Shown here: positions 1-9,719 of the stretch, piece by piece
Position numbering within the stretch: position 1 is the first letter of the stretch
Layout of the letters: each line of letters starts with the position of its first letter
Source: Patescibacteria group bacterium
GTDB taxonomy: Bacteria; Patescibacteriota; Minisyncoccia; Minisyncoccales; Staskawiczbacteraceae
NCBI GenBank assembly: GCA_022703425.1
Contig: JAKLDQ010000001.1
Coordinates: forward strand, 36,243 to 100,242
Direction: 5' to 3'
DNA: 64,000 nucleotides
Program-made: the position numbers and the translations under genes
Notes under the pieces: model-generated
Seen by the model: the letters and a program-made list of their open reading frames with translations, nothing else
Told to the model about the DNA's origin: nothing
The model's database searches: none

Positions 1-141
1 TACCGGCAGAAGCCCGCCGATGCGGTAATAAGCAGAAACAAAATAGTTTTTTCAAAACCGCAGAAAGGGGTTACTCCCGGACAGTCGGCTGTCTTTTATA
101 TAAACAAAGAGATGATAGGGGGAGGAATAATCAGGTAGAAT

Positions 142-169
142 TTGACAAGGTTTTTTATTTTGATATGAT
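142..169 (+). promoter_or_regulatory. sigma70-like promoter TTGACA-16nt-TATGAT upstream of the copper cluster
   Basis: TTGACA at 142-147 and TATGAT at 164-169 read directly; spacing is 16 nt. Confidence 0.4.
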
Positions 170-170
170 T

Positions 171-193
171 GACCTATACCATAGGTGTAGGTC
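171..193 (+). promoter_or_regulatory. palindromic operator GACCTATACCATAGGTGTAGGTC, candidate CsoR binding site
   Basis: perfect GACCTA/TAGGTC arms with nested CCTAT/ATAGG; sits between the -10 and the start codon of the first gene of a csoR-containing operon. Confidence 0.4.
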
Positions 194-194
194 A

Positions 195-389
195 ATGAAG
201 AAAAGCTGCGCATGCAAAAAATCAGTCAGCCATAAGAGATGCAGGTGTCCGGAAAATTGCGCCTGCGTCAGCGACCGCCTTTCTGAGGTGAGAAAGTGCG
301 CGTGCTCTTTTGCATATAAAAATAACAAATATTTTTGCGCCGGATGCTGCAACCACAATGACGGGTGCATTTGTCCGCTCGTCGAATAA
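195..389 (+). CDS. Cys-rich metallothionein-like small protein (16 Cys in 64 aa). ORF trimmed to the second ATG because the promoter/operator overlap the upstream ATG at 165
   Basis: MKKSCACKK...CAGCCNHNDGCICP; CxC/CC motifs; operon context with csoR/copA. Confidence 0.5.
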   Translation: MKKSCACKKSVSHKRCRCPENCACVSDRLSEVRKCACSFAYKNNKYFCAGCCNHNDGCICPLVE

Positions 390-409
390 TAATATTAAAT
401 TAAAATCGT

Positions 410-682
410 ATGACTATAAATAAGCAGGCGACTTTGATAAATTTTAAAAAAGCCAACAGTTTGACTGCAAAAATCATAAGCATGATCGAGAAGGATGAGT
501 ACTGCATTGATGTTATGCAGCAGAATTTGGCTGTAATCGGCCTTTTGAGGTCAGCCCATGAAATGCTCATGGAGAATCATCTAAACTCGTGTTTTAAAAC
601 GGCAATGGCCTCAAAAAACGAAAAAAAGAAAAGGGAAATGACGGACGAAATTTTAAAAGTAACCAAAATTTTCAACAAATAA
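410..682 (+). CDS. csoR: CsoR/RcnR-family copper-sensing transcriptional repressor
   Basis: ~90 aa all-helical; C(YCIDVM)...H(RSAHEM)...C(NSCF) signature of CsoR (DUF156). Confidence 0.8.
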   Translation: MTINKQATLINFKKANSLTAKIISMIEKDEYCIDVMQQNLAVIGLLRSAHEMLMENHLNSCFKTAMASKNEKKKREMTDEILKVTKIFNK

Positions 683-683
683 T

Positions 684-2216
684 ATGCCAAAGGAGCAGTT
701 GTATAAAGTCAAAGGAATGCATTGTGCATCGTGCGAAATACTCATCGAAAAAAAGATGCTGGAACTCGAGGGTGTTAAGGCTGCAGATGCGTCAACCCAT
801 AAAGGGGAGGTAATAATCGAATACGAAGGGGAAAAGCCCGATGAAAAAAAACTGAACACGATTTTTTCCAAGGAAGGGTACAGCTTTTCTGAAAATGAAA
901 TTTCAAAGAAAGAGGAAAAGAAAAATACTATGAGTCCGACGCTTTTTGCGTTTGATATCGCGCTATTTATTATTATTGCTTTCTTGTTTTTGGACAGAGC
1001 GGGAATTTCAGGCCTTTCGGGCGTCAGCTCCGGATCGTCAATCCCTGCTTTCTTCATTTTCGGTTTGCTTGCGGGAATTTCAAGTTGCGCGGCGCTGGTC
1101 GGGGGAATCGTCCTTTCCATGTCAAAGCAGTGGCTTGAAATATATTCAGAAAATCAAAAGTTCTCAAAAAAAATCCAGCCCCATGTAATGTTTAATGCAG
1201 GAAGGGTAGCTTCCTATGCTCTCTTCGGCGGTCTTCTCGGTCTGGTCGGCTCAAAACTCCAGTTCTCATTGCAGGCAAGCTCATTTCTGATAATTGCAAT
1301 CTCTTTTTTAATGGTCGCAATGGGCCTGCAGATGCTCGGCGTAAAAGCATTCAGAAAATTTCAGATAGCTCCTCCGAAATTTATCACCAGAAATATTGCA
1401 GACGAAAGAAATTTTCAGGGAAAGCTGATGCCGTTAATAATGGGCGCTTTGACTTTCTTCCTGCCTTGCGGGTTTACAATCACAGCCCAGGGAATCGCAC
1501 TTTTGTCGGGAAGCTTTGTAAAAGGATCCCTGATAATGTCGGCGTTCGCCCTCGGGACGGTTCCCATGCTGATGCTTATCGGGCTTTCAAGCGCAAAATT
1601 TTCGTCAAAACCTCATTTGGCTGAAAGGTTTTCCAAAATTGCCGGATTTCTGGTTTTGTTTTTTGCGCTTTTCAATATAAACGGCCAGCTGAATGTCCTT
1701 GGATTCTCCGGAATAAATTCTCTCTTCGGTTCGGGCGAAAGCGCCAAAGTTGAAAATCTTCCGCCAATGGTCGAGGGAAAACAGATAATAAAAATGGAGG
1801 CGTCGGCATCAGGTTACAGCCCGAATTATTTCAAGGTGCGCGCAAACGTTCCGGTAAGATGGGAAATCACAGACATCGGCACAAGCGGGTGCACGAATGC
1901 GGTTATTTCGAGAAATTTGTTCGACGGGCAGGTGGATCTCGAACCGGGAAAACTTTCGGTGAAAGAGTTTACCCCCGCAACTCCCGGCAAATACAGGTTT
2001 TCCTGCTGGATGGGAATGGTTTCCGGAACGATTGAGGTTATAGATGAAAACAGCGGAAACGCAGGAAATGATTCATCTTCAAATGAAGCAAACTCAAACC
2101 CGGGTAACGTTGCTTCCGCCTCCGCGTCCAATTCCTGCGGAGGGTCATGCGGAGGCTCGTGCGGATGCGGAGGAAAAAAACCATCCGGATCGGGACAAGG
2201 AGCAAGCTGTCATTAA
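684..2216 (+). CDS. fusion protein: N-terminal HMA metal-binding domain, DsbD_2/CcdA-like polytopic permease, C-terminal cupredoxin-like domain, Cys/Gly tail
   Basis: GMHCASCE HMA motif; TM segments with conserved Cys (GISSCAALVGG, FFLPCGFT); C-terminal beta-sandwich segment ...FSCWMGMVSGTIEV; tail CGGSCGGSCGCGG. Confidence 0.7.
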   Translation: MPKEQLYKVKGMHCASCEILIEKKMLELEGVKAADASTHKGEVIIEYEGEKPDEKKLNTIFSKEGYSFSENEISKKEEKKNTMSPTLFAFDIALFIIIAFLFLDRAGISGLSGVSSGSSIPAFFIFGLLAGISSCAALVGGIVLSMSKQWLEIYSENQKFSKKIQPHVMFNAGRVASYALFGGLLGLVGSKLQFSLQASSFLIIAISFLMVAMGLQMLGVKAFRKFQIAPPKFITRNIADERNFQGKLMPLIMGALTFFLPCGFTITAQGIALLSGSFVKGSLIMSAFALGTVPMLMLIGLSSAKFSSKPHLAERFSKIAGFLVLFFALFNINGQLNVLGFSGINSLFGSGESAKVENLPPMVEGKQIIKMEASASGYSPNYFKVRANVPVRWEITDIGTSGCTNAVISRNLFDGQVDLEPGKLSVKEFTPATPGKYRFSCWMGMVSGTIEVIDENSGNAGNDSSSNEANSNPGNVASASASNSCGGSCGGSCGCGGKKPSGSGQGASCH

Positions 2217-2220
2217 AAAC

Positions 2221-2436
2221 ATGAAATATACAAAAACATCAACGTTAAAAAATATCCTGGATAAAAAGGGGGCAGGCGAAGTCTTGATGAAAAACGGGGT
2301 TCCGTGCCTTTCGTGCCCGATGGCATCGCTGGAGCTGGAGCATCTTCAGATCGGACAAGTCTGCAAAATGTACGATCTGCCTCTTGATAAAATATTAGAG
2401 GAATTAAATGAGCCTTCAAAAAAGGTAAAAAAATAA
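2221..2436 (+). CDS. DUF1858-like small redox-disulfide protein (trimmed from the longer ORF that overlaps the upstream gene)
   Basis: [38 protein letters not shown] matches the DUF1858 CxxC pattern; ATG at 2221 directly after the upstream stop. Confidence 0.6.
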   Translation: MKYTKTSTLKNILDKKGAGEVLMKNGVPCLSCPMASLELEHLQIGQVCKMYDLPLDKILEELNEPSKKVKK

Positions 2437-4676
2437 TGGAGGAGAAAAAAATATTGAAAATAAAAGGAATGGACTGCGCTTCGTGCTCAGCTTTGATTGA
2501 ACATGCGCTAAAAAAGGAAAAGGGCGTAAGTTCGGCAAATGTAAATTACGCGTCGGAGAAAGCGCATGTGAACTTTGATCCGGAAAAAACGAGCGCTGAA
2601 AAAATTGAAAAAGTTATCAACGGCCTCGGATATTCTGTTGAGAAAGAAGAAGAGATGGGTCACGGCCACGAACATCATCATAGGCCCGAATCGAAAAGCG
2701 AAATCAAATCATTGAGAAATCGCTTTTTTTTGTCTTTGTTTTTCGGTTTGCCGGCAATATACATGGTGATGGGTCCGATGGTCGGTCTTCCGCGCCTGCC
2801 GATAGATGAAAAAAACGGTATTTTTTTGCAGGCTTTTCTTGCAACGCTTGTAATAGCTGCGTGTTTTAACATCTGGGAATCCGGGCTGAAGAAAGTTCTG
2901 AAATTCGGGCCGAATATGGACACTCTGATTTTCGTCGGCACGGCGACGGCCTATGTTTACAGTATGGCAAATGCGATTCTGCTTTTTTTCGGGCGGGAAA
3001 TTCCGATGGAAAATTTTTATTTCGAATCTGCAATTTTTATTTTGGTTTTTATTTCTCTCGGAAAATATCTTGAGGCAATTACAAAAGGGAAAACATCGCA
3101 GGCGATCAAGAAGCTGATCGGCTTGCAGGCAAAAACCGCTGTTGTAATAAAAAACGGAGAAGAAACTGAAATTCCCATCTCTGACGTAAAGGCGGGGGAC
3201 ATAATAATAGTAAAACCCGGAGAAAAAATTCCCGTTGACGGAATAGTCATAGACGGATATTCGGGAGTGGACGAAAAAGCAATCACGGGGGAGTCTATTC
3301 CAGCCGAAAAGAAAAAGGGCGATTCTGTGATCGGAGCCACAATAAACAAAACAGGAGTTTTAAAGTTTCAGGCAACAAAGGTGGGCAAAGACACAATGCT
3401 TGCCCAGATTATAAAAATAGTCGAAGATGCGATGGGTTCAAAGGCGCCCATCCAGTTTCTTGCAGACAAAGTTTCATTTTATTTTGTGCCGATTGTCCTG
3501 GTTCTGGCAGTTCTGTCTGCCGCGGTCTGGCTTTTACTTGGATATTCGTTTGTTTTTGCGCTTACTGTTTTTGTGGCGATTCTGATCATTGCCTGTCCTT
3601 GCGCACTTGGGTTGGCCACTCCCACGGCTGTGATGATGGGCACCGGTCTGGCGGCCGAAAGAGGGATTCTTATAAAATCCAGCAAGGCTCTCGAAACCGC
3701 CAAAGACATCGATATTTTTGTTTTTGACAAAACAGGAACTCTTACAAGGGGGGAGCCGGTCGTCACAGACATTGTTCCTTTGGACGGACAGTTCAGCCAG
3801 AGCGAAATATTAAGGATAGCAGGCTCTGCTGAAAAAAATTCCGAGCATCCGCTTGCCCAGGCAATAGTCAATAAGGCAAAAGAGGGCAAAATAAGCCTCG
3901 CAAATGCAGAAAAATTCAGCGCCGTGCCCGGCAAAGGAGTAAAAGCCGTTGTAGAAAAAAAACAGATTTTGCTCGGAACAAGAAATCTTCTCGCAGAAAA
4001 TGGTATCGGAGCGAAGTCTTTTGAAAACAGGCTCTTTGCGCTCGAAGACAACGGCAAAACAGCAATATTGCTGGCTGTGGGGAAAAAAGTCGCCGGAATT
4101 TTGGCTTTGCAGGACGTCCTGAAAGATCATTCTTACGAAGCTCTCGAAAAGATACACAAAATGGGAAAGGAAGTTTATATGCTGACGGGCGACAACAAGC
4201 GCGTCGGGGAAGCCATTGCAAAACAATTGAATGTAGACAAGGTTCTCGCCGAGGTCCTGCCTCACGAAAAGTCAGATGAGATAAAAAAACTTCAGCACAA
4301 AGGAAAAAAAGTTGCCATGATCGGGGACGGAATAAATGATGCTCCGGCGCTGGCGCAGGCAGATCTTGGGATTGCTTTGGGATCTGGGACGGATGTCGCC
4401 ATGGAAACGGGCGAAATTGTCCTTATCAGAGATGATTTGCGCGATGTGATTTCCGCCATTGATTTAAGCAGATATACGCTGACCAAGATAAAACAAGGCC
4501 TGTTTTGGGCGTTTTTCTATAATGTTGTGGGAATTCCCGTCGCTGCAGGGGTGCTTTATCCTTTTTTTGGGATTCTTTTAAATCCGGCAATCGCAGCTGC
4601 TGCAATGGCATTTTCATCTGTCAGTGTCGTGCTTAACGCGCTTTCCATGAAAACATACAGCAAAAAGAAAATCTAG
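2436..4676 (+). CDS. copA: copper-translocating P1B-type ATPase
   Basis: HMA GMDCASC; His-rich GHGHEHHH; CPC (CPCALG); DKTGTLT; GDGINDAP; TAATG overlap with the upstream gene. Confidence 0.93.
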   Translation: MEEKKILKIKGMDCASCSALIEHALKKEKGVSSANVNYASEKAHVNFDPEKTSAEKIEKVINGLGYSVEKEEEMGHGHEHHHRPESKSEIKSLRNRFFLSLFFGLPAIYMVMGPMVGLPRLPIDEKNGIFLQAFLATLVIAACFNIWESGLKKVLKFGPNMDTLIFVGTATAYVYSMANAILLFFGREIPMENFYFESAIFILVFISLGKYLEAITKGKTSQAIKKLIGLQAKTAVVIKNGEETEIPISDVKAGDIIIVKPGEKIPVDGIVIDGYSGVDEKAITGESIPAEKKKGDSVIGATINKTGVLKFQATKVGKDTMLAQIIKIVEDAMGSKAPIQFLADKVSFYFVPIVLVLAVLSAAVWLLLGYSFVFALTVFVAILIIACPCALGLATPTAVMMGTGLAAERGILIKSSKALETAKDIDIFVFDKTGTLTRGEPVVTDIVPLDGQFSQSEILRIAGSAEKNSEHPLAQAIVNKAKEGKISLANAEKFSAVPGKGVKAVVEKKQILLGTRNLLAENGIGAKSFENRLFALEDNGKTAILLAVGKKVAGILALQDVLKDHSYEALEKIHKMGKEVYMLTGDNKRVGEAIAKQLNVDKVLAEVLPHEKSDEIKKLQHKGKKVAMIGDGINDAPALAQADLGIALGSGTDVAMETGEIVLIRDDLRDVISAIDLSRYTLTKIKQGLFWAFFYNVVGIPVAAGVLYPFFGILLNPAIAAAAMAFSSVSVVLNALSMKTYSKKKI

Positions 4677-4736
4677 TATTGCGTTCGGAGGTTTTTTAGG
4701 GTTTAATGGAATTAATATAATAATTATTCTAAACAA

Positions 4737-5144
4737 ATGGATATCAAAGCATTTTTCGCAAACAAAAGAAATCTCGCATTGGTTTTGGTTGCGGCAGTTT
4801 TAATAATTACAGGAGGGGGGTTTCTGCTTAACCGTTTAGGATTATTAAATATGCAGAGCGTGGAAGTTCCAAAAGGAATAATTCTTTTTTATGGGAACGG
4901 ATGTCCGCACTGCCAGCAGTTGGAGGAATTTCTTACAGACCACAAAATTAATGAAAGGGTGAGCCATACAAAACTTGAAGTCTTTGAAAACGAGTCAAAC
5001 GCGCAGATACTTTTGGAAACCGCAAGAAGATGTAAAATTTCAGACGACCAGATCGGGGTTCCTTTTCTTTGGGACGGGGAAAAATGCTACCTCGGATACC
5101 CTGACGTTGAAAAGTTCTTTAGAGATCAATTAGTAAACGGCTAA
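4737..5144 (+). CDS. membrane-anchored thioredoxin-fold protein (CPHC active site)
   Basis: N-terminal TM; YGNGCPHCQQLEEF. Confidence 0.6.
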   Translation: MDIKAFFANKRNLALVLVAAVLIITGGGFLLNRLGLLNMQSVEVPKGIILFYGNGCPHCQQLEEFLTDHKINERVSHTKLEVFENESNAQILLETARRCKISDDQIGVPFLWDGEKCYLGYPDVEKFFRDQLVNG

Positions 5145-5145
5145 A

Positions 5146-5661
5146 ATGTTTAAAAAAACAACTTTTTTATCAGGTGTAATTTTTTGCGGACTGGCTTTGG
5201 CAAATTTTGCGAAAGCTGTCTGCCCTGTGTGTGTTGTTGCTGTCGGTGCGGGAGTAGGCTTGTGCAGGTGGCTCGGAGTTGATGATACAATTTCAGGGCT
5301 TTGGATCGGAGGGGTTACACTGGCGCTGGCTATGTGGACTGTTTTCTGGCTGAAGAGTAAAAAGTGGAGCTTTAAATTTGATTGGGCGTTAGTAACTGTT
5401 GCTTATTTTGGACTTGTTCTATTTCCCTTGTTTGCATACAAAATCGTAGGTCATCCTAATAACAAAGTTCTTGGGGTTGACAAGCTACTGTTTGGAATAG
5501 GCGCAGGAGGCGTTTTGTTTTTGTTAAGCAGTTATATAAGCTCATATCTGAAAAACAAAAACGGAGGGAAGGTTTATTTTCCCTACCAAAAAGTCGCAAT
5601 TCCGGTAATTGTCTTGATTATTGCCAGCGGAATTTTTTATTTAATAATCAAATGCTATTAA
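5146..5661 (+). CDS. polytopic membrane protein with CxxC inside TM1
   Basis: AVCPVCVVAVGAGVGLC; 4-5 predicted TM segments; adjacent to the thioredoxin-fold gene. Confidence 0.5.
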   Translation: MFKKTTFLSGVIFCGLALANFAKAVCPVCVVAVGAGVGLCRWLGVDDTISGLWIGGVTLALAMWTVFWLKSKKWSFKFDWALVTVAYFGLVLFPLFAYKIVGHPNNKVLGVDKLLFGIGAGGVLFLLSSYISSYLKNKNGGKVYFPYQKVAIPVIVLIIASGIFYLIIKCY

Positions 5662-5662
5662 C

Positions 5663-6193
5663 ATGGAAATAGACGATAAAAAAATAAACGAATTTATAAA
5701 AAAAGTAAACGAAAGCAAACAGGAAAAAATGGACCTGTCCTCTGACGAAGATCTTTCAATTGCAATAATGAATCTTATTTCCATCGAAGAACATTTTTTC
5801 TTTACTGCGGAAAAAACCGGAAAATCGGAGTATTTTGATTTGTTGAACGCTGCGCGGGAAATGCGGAAATCTCTTCTCAAGAAGATAATCAAGGACTATG
5901 AAGGCGAAGTCTGGTGCATCTCAAAACATCTTTTGGCAGCTTCGATGAGGCTTATGGAGGTTGGAACAAAAGCGCTGGGGCGGGGGAAAAAACAGGAAGC
6001 AGAAGATCTTTTTAAAAAAGCGTATGAACTTTATTCATTGTTCTGGGGGCTGAATCTGAAAATGGTAGATTTGGGGGACGTTAAAAAAATAGAAGAAAAC
6101 CAGATTTCAAAAAAAGACGACGACAAAAAAACAGGCATAATGGGAAAGCTTGGAAAAATGGTACAGTATGTTATAGACTGTTGCAGGGAATAA
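5663..6193 (+). CDS. hypothetical protein
   Basis: 176-aa ORF; no recognisable motif. Confidence 0.45.
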   Translation: MEIDDKKINEFIKKVNESKQEKMDLSSDEDLSIAIMNLISIEEHFFFTAEKTGKSEYFDLLNAAREMRKSLLKKIIKDYEGEVWCISKHLLAASMRLMEVGTKALGRGKKQEAEDLFKKAYELYSLFWGLNLKMVDLGDVKKIEENQISKKDDDKKTGIMGKLGKMVQYVIDCCRE

Positions 6194-6294
6194 TTTAGAT
6201 TTGAACGGCTCAGGCGGTCATACACCGTATGAGCCGTTTTTGTTTGCAAAAAATTATTGTATAATTAAGCAAATACTAAATTATTTTTTCAAAT

Positions 6295-7086
6295 ATGTTC
6301 GGATTAAACAAAACAACTCCAAAGTTTTGCGAATTAAAGGGAAAAGTAGCAATCGTTACGGGGGCAGCCAAAGGAATGGGAAAAGCCGATGCAATAAAAT
6401 TTGCAAATGCAGGCGCAAAAGTTGTCCTTGCAGATATTTCCCAGCAGGAATGCGAATCTGTTGCCACAGAAATTAAGAAGATGCGCGGAGAAGCGATAGC
6501 AGTAAAATGCGATGTGAGTAAGAAAGCAGATGTTGATACGGTCGTTTCAGAAGCAATTAAAAAATTCGGCAAAATTGATATTCTGGTGAACAATGCGGGA
6601 ATTTTTCCGTTCGAACCCTTTCTGCAAATGCCCGAACAAAACTTTGAAAAAGTCATCGACGTAAACCTTAAAGGAAGCTTTTTGATGGCCCAGGCATGCG
6701 CAAATGAAATGGCAAAGCAGAAATCCGGATCAATCATAAATATTACATCAATTGCGATGGGGCAGGTTGGCATGGGATTTGCCGGCCTTTCCCATTATTG
6801 CGCATCAAAAGGCGGAATGGTGGGAATGTCTGAAGCTATGGCTCTGGAGCTTGCTCCCTTGGGAATACGTGTAAACTGTATTGCCCCCGGAGCCATTGAT
6901 ACGCCCGGCGCTTCTTCAACAAGATTGGATGTAAAGCAAATGGAGGCGATGCTTGCTCCTATTCCGATGAAAAGAAAAGGGAGCGCAGAAGAAGTCGCAA
7001 ACGCAGTGCTTTTTCTTGCCTCAGACGAGTCATCTTATATGACCGGATCTGTGATGATTGTGGACGGTGGCTGGTGCGCAAATTAA
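6295..7086 (+). CDS. SDR-family oxidoreductase (FabG-like)
   Basis: VAIVTGAAKGMG Rossmann motif; NNAG; YxxxK (YCASK). Confidence 0.85.
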   Translation: MFGLNKTTPKFCELKGKVAIVTGAAKGMGKADAIKFANAGAKVVLADISQQECESVATEIKKMRGEAIAVKCDVSKKADVDTVVSEAIKKFGKIDILVNNAGIFPFEPFLQMPEQNFEKVIDVNLKGSFLMAQACANEMAKQKSGSIINITSIAMGQVGMGFAGLSHYCASKGGMVGMSEAMALELAPLGIRVNCIAPGAIDTPGASSTRLDVKQMEAMLAPIPMKRKGSAEEVANAVLFLASDESSYMTGSVMIVDGGWCAN

Positions 7087-7212
7087 CAAAAAAGCTCAAA
7101 TTATGTTTGACAAGAGTTTTTGATGGTATAAAATAGTCGTAATACTGTGAATAACTCATTTTTGAACCAAACCAAGGTCGAAGAACTCTATTAATTTTCA
7201 AAATTCAAACTC

Positions 7213-7374
7213 ATGTCAACAGAAGCTTATTGCGTAAAATGCAAGGCCAAAAGAAATATGAAAGATGAGAAGGAAGTGGAAATGAACGGCAAAGGCGGAA
7301 AAAAGAGGGCAGCCATGACAGGTACTTGCGAAAAATGCGGAACAAAGATGTTCAAGATAATGGGACTGAAATAA
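7213..7374 (+). CDS. 53-aa zinc-ribbon small protein, absent from the ORF track (<60 aa)
   Basis: MSTEAYCVKCKAKR...TGTCEKCGTKMFKIMGLK; two CxxC pairs; TTGACA-16-TAAAAT-like promoter upstream; terminator immediately downstream. Confidence 0.55.
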   Translation: MSTEAYCVKCKAKRNMKDEKEVEMNGKGGKKRAAMTGTCEKCGTKMFKIMGLK

Positions 7375-7380
7375 TATAAA

Positions 7381-7405
7381 GCCGCCTGAACTGAGGCGGC
7401 TTTTG
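7381..7405 (+). terminator. rho-independent terminator
   Basis: GCCGCCTGAACTGAGGCGGC hairpin followed by TTTTG. Confidence 0.6.
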
Positions 7406-8311
7406 CGTATGAAAAAAATTCCGGCAACAATCTGTATTGCCCTTTTTGCTCTTAATTTTTTTGCCTGGCAGGAAGTATTTTATCTGCAAAGGCCGAAACT
7501 GCTGGAGGTTGTTTTCTTTGATGTTGGGCAGGGTGATTCGGCACTTATAAAAACTCCGGAAGGACGCCAGATTTTAATCGACGGGGGGCCGGATTCGTCT
7601 GTTTTGGAAAAGCTTTCACAGGAAATGCCTTTTGCAGACAGAACAATCGACGCAATAATTCTGACGCATCCCGAAAAAGACCATTTTACCGGATTTCTGG
7701 ATGTTCTTGAAAGATATGATGTGCAGTATGTTTTCTGGACAGGGACAAGGAGCGACAATGCAGAATATAAAAAATGGACAGAGGCGGTTGAAAATGAGAA
7801 GAAAAATATCTGGCTTGCCGGAGGAAAAAAAGAAAATACAAAAATTTTTGAAATAAAAAAGGGCGCAAACATCAGGGCGGGAAATGTTCTGATTGAAACT
7901 CTTTCTCCGGAAGAGAGCTTCAGTGGTGTTAAAATGAAAAATTCAAGCAATGATTCAGGAATTGTTTCTCTTCTGAAATACGGTGAAGTTTCATTTCTGT
8001 TTACAGGGGATATTGCTCAAAAAACAGAAAGCCGGCTTGCCAATTCTTACGGATTGGCAAATGCCTTTGGAATGGATATTGATGTTTTGAAAGTTGCCCA
8101 TCACGGCTCAAAGTATTCAACTTCGGAATTTTTTCTACAAAACACAAAACCGGAATTTGCCGTGATATCAGTCGGGAAAAATTCGTATGGCCATCCGACT
8201 CCTGAGGTTTTGCAAAGACTGGAAAAATTTGGTATAAAGGTTTTGAGAACAGACCGCGATGGAGATGTAAAATTTCTATCTGACGGGAAAAATTTAACAG
8301 TAAAAAAATAA
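7403..8311 (+). CDS. metallo-beta-lactamase-fold protein related to the ComEC C-terminal domain
   Basis: signal/TM; VVFFDVGQGDSALI; HPEKDHFTGF; VAHHGSKYS. Confidence 0.75.
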   Translation: MRMKKIPATICIALFALNFFAWQEVFYLQRPKLLEVVFFDVGQGDSALIKTPEGRQILIDGGPDSSVLEKLSQEMPFADRTIDAIILTHPEKDHFTGFLDVLERYDVQYVFWTGTRSDNAEYKKWTEAVENEKKNIWLAGGKKENTKIFEIKKGANIRAGNVLIETLSPEESFSGVKMKNSSNDSGIVSLLKYGEVSFLFTGDIAQKTESRLANSYGLANAFGMDIDVLKVAHHGSKYSTSEFFLQNTKPEFAVISVGKNSYGHPTPEVLQRLEKFGIKVLRTDRDGDVKFLSDGKNLTVKK

Positions 8312-8315
8312 TTTT

Positions 8316-9386
8316 ATGAAAGACTTAGACTTTCCGATATTTAAAACAAAAAGTGCTTCATATAAAAAATTTGACCTTACCGATGTAAAACATAGGCAGG
8401 AGTATTTTGAATATAAAGCCGGTGATGAAATTAAAAGAATGAGGGAATTTTTGAAAGAAAACACATTTATTGCCTACCTCATGGGGAAAAAATCTTCCGG
8501 AAAAGGAACGTATGCAAAAATGCTTGCAGAGATCATTGATAAAGACGGGATTGCTCATTTTTCCATTGGAGACATGATACGATCCTTTGATGAAACTGTC
8601 AGGGATCCCGAAAAAAGAAAAGAACTGGAAGAATTTTTGAAGAAAAATTACAGGGGATACCATTCGCTCGACAAAATAGTACAGTCTCTGCAGGAAAGAT
8701 CAACGAAAACATTGCTGCCATCAGAATTAATTCTGGCTTTGGCAAAAAGAGAAATTGCAAAGCTTGGCAGGAAAGCAATTTTTATTGACGGTTTTCCGCG
8801 CGACTTGGATCAAGTTTCGTATTCGCTGTTTTTCCGCGACCTTATCGGATATAGGGAAGATCCTGACGTGTTTATTTTAATTGATGTTCCCACAACAGTG
8901 ATTGATGAAAGGGTAAAAACAAGAGTTATCTGCCCGCTGTGCCAAACGTCAAGAAGCACAAAGCTTCTTCCAACAAAGAATGTTGAGTATGAAAAAGAGA
9001 CGGGCAAATTCCATTTAATATGTGACAATTCGTCCTGCAAGGGCGCAAGGATGGTAATGAAAGAAGGCGATGAGCACGGAATTGCCCCGATAAAAGAAAG
9101 GCTGGATAAAGACGAACTCCTGATTAAGGAGGCATATAATTTGCAGGGAATTCCAAAAGTGCTTTTGAGAAATACAATCCCGGTTGAAAAAACGGGGGAG
9201 TTTGCCGACGATTATGAAATTACTCCGGAATTTTCATACTCATACGACGAAAAGAGCGGTAAAGTTGAAATTTCGGAAAAGCCGTGGGAGGTAAAAGACG
9301 ATGAGGGAATGTCTTCAAACAGTCTGATGCCGCCTCCGGTTGTCGTATCTCTTATCAAACAGCTTGTGGAGGTTTTGGGCATTTAA
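8316..9386 (+). CDS. adenylate-kinase-family NMP kinase paralog with zinc lid and ~130-aa C-terminal extension
   Basis: P-loop GKKSSGKGTYAK; lid CPLC...CDNSSC; canonical adk is elsewhere at 42759. Confidence 0.6.
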   Translation: MKDLDFPIFKTKSASYKKFDLTDVKHRQEYFEYKAGDEIKRMREFLKENTFIAYLMGKKSSGKGTYAKMLAEIIDKDGIAHFSIGDMIRSFDETVRDPEKRKELEEFLKKNYRGYHSLDKIVQSLQERSTKTLLPSELILALAKREIAKLGRKAIFIDGFPRDLDQVSYSLFFRDLIGYREDPDVFILIDVPTTVIDERVKTRVICPLCQTSRSTKLLPTKNVEYEKETGKFHLICDNSSCKGARMVMKEGDEHGIAPIKERLDKDELLIKEAYNLQGIPKVLLRNTIPVEKTGEFADDYEITPEFSYSYDEKSGKVEISEKPWEVKDDEGMSSNSLMPPPVVVSLIKQLVEVLGI

Positions 9387-9433
9387 ATACCGGCTTCTGC
9401 AATAAACAATAGCCTTGATAAAAATAATTAAAA

Positions 9434-9455
9434 AGCGCCAATGGGGCGCTTTTTA
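9434..9455 (+). terminator. rho-independent terminator
   Basis: AGCGCCAATGGGGCGCT hairpin followed by TTTTT. Confidence 0.6.
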
Positions 9456-9719
9456 ATTGCTCTGACTTTCCATAAATTTCTAGCAATCTAATTAAAGTGG
9501 GTGCCCTCACGCCCTGGCCACAGCCAGAACAAATGTTTGGGCTCCCTATAAGAAAAGTTGTGTAGAAAATTTAGAAATGCCAGAGCTACTTTTATTTTAG
9601 CTTTGAAAGTACCCAAGTCAAGACTAAAAGTACGAATTTTGCCTGCGTTTTTTGGGGTAACTTTGCTTTACATAATATTTCAAACTTATATAATTAACAA
9701 ATAGCTTTAACTATATAAA

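Noticed and set aside
165-194. Upstream ATG of the Cys-rich peptide (ORF track start 165)
   Set aside because: The -10 element and palindromic operator occupy 164-193, so transcription probably starts inside this stretch. The second ATG at 195 (MKKSCAC) is used instead, though this is uncertain.
2678-4617. Multiple minus-strand ORFs (87-192 aa) inside copA
   Set aside because: They are antisense to a high-confidence P-type ATPase with all catalytic motifs intact. They have no independent support.
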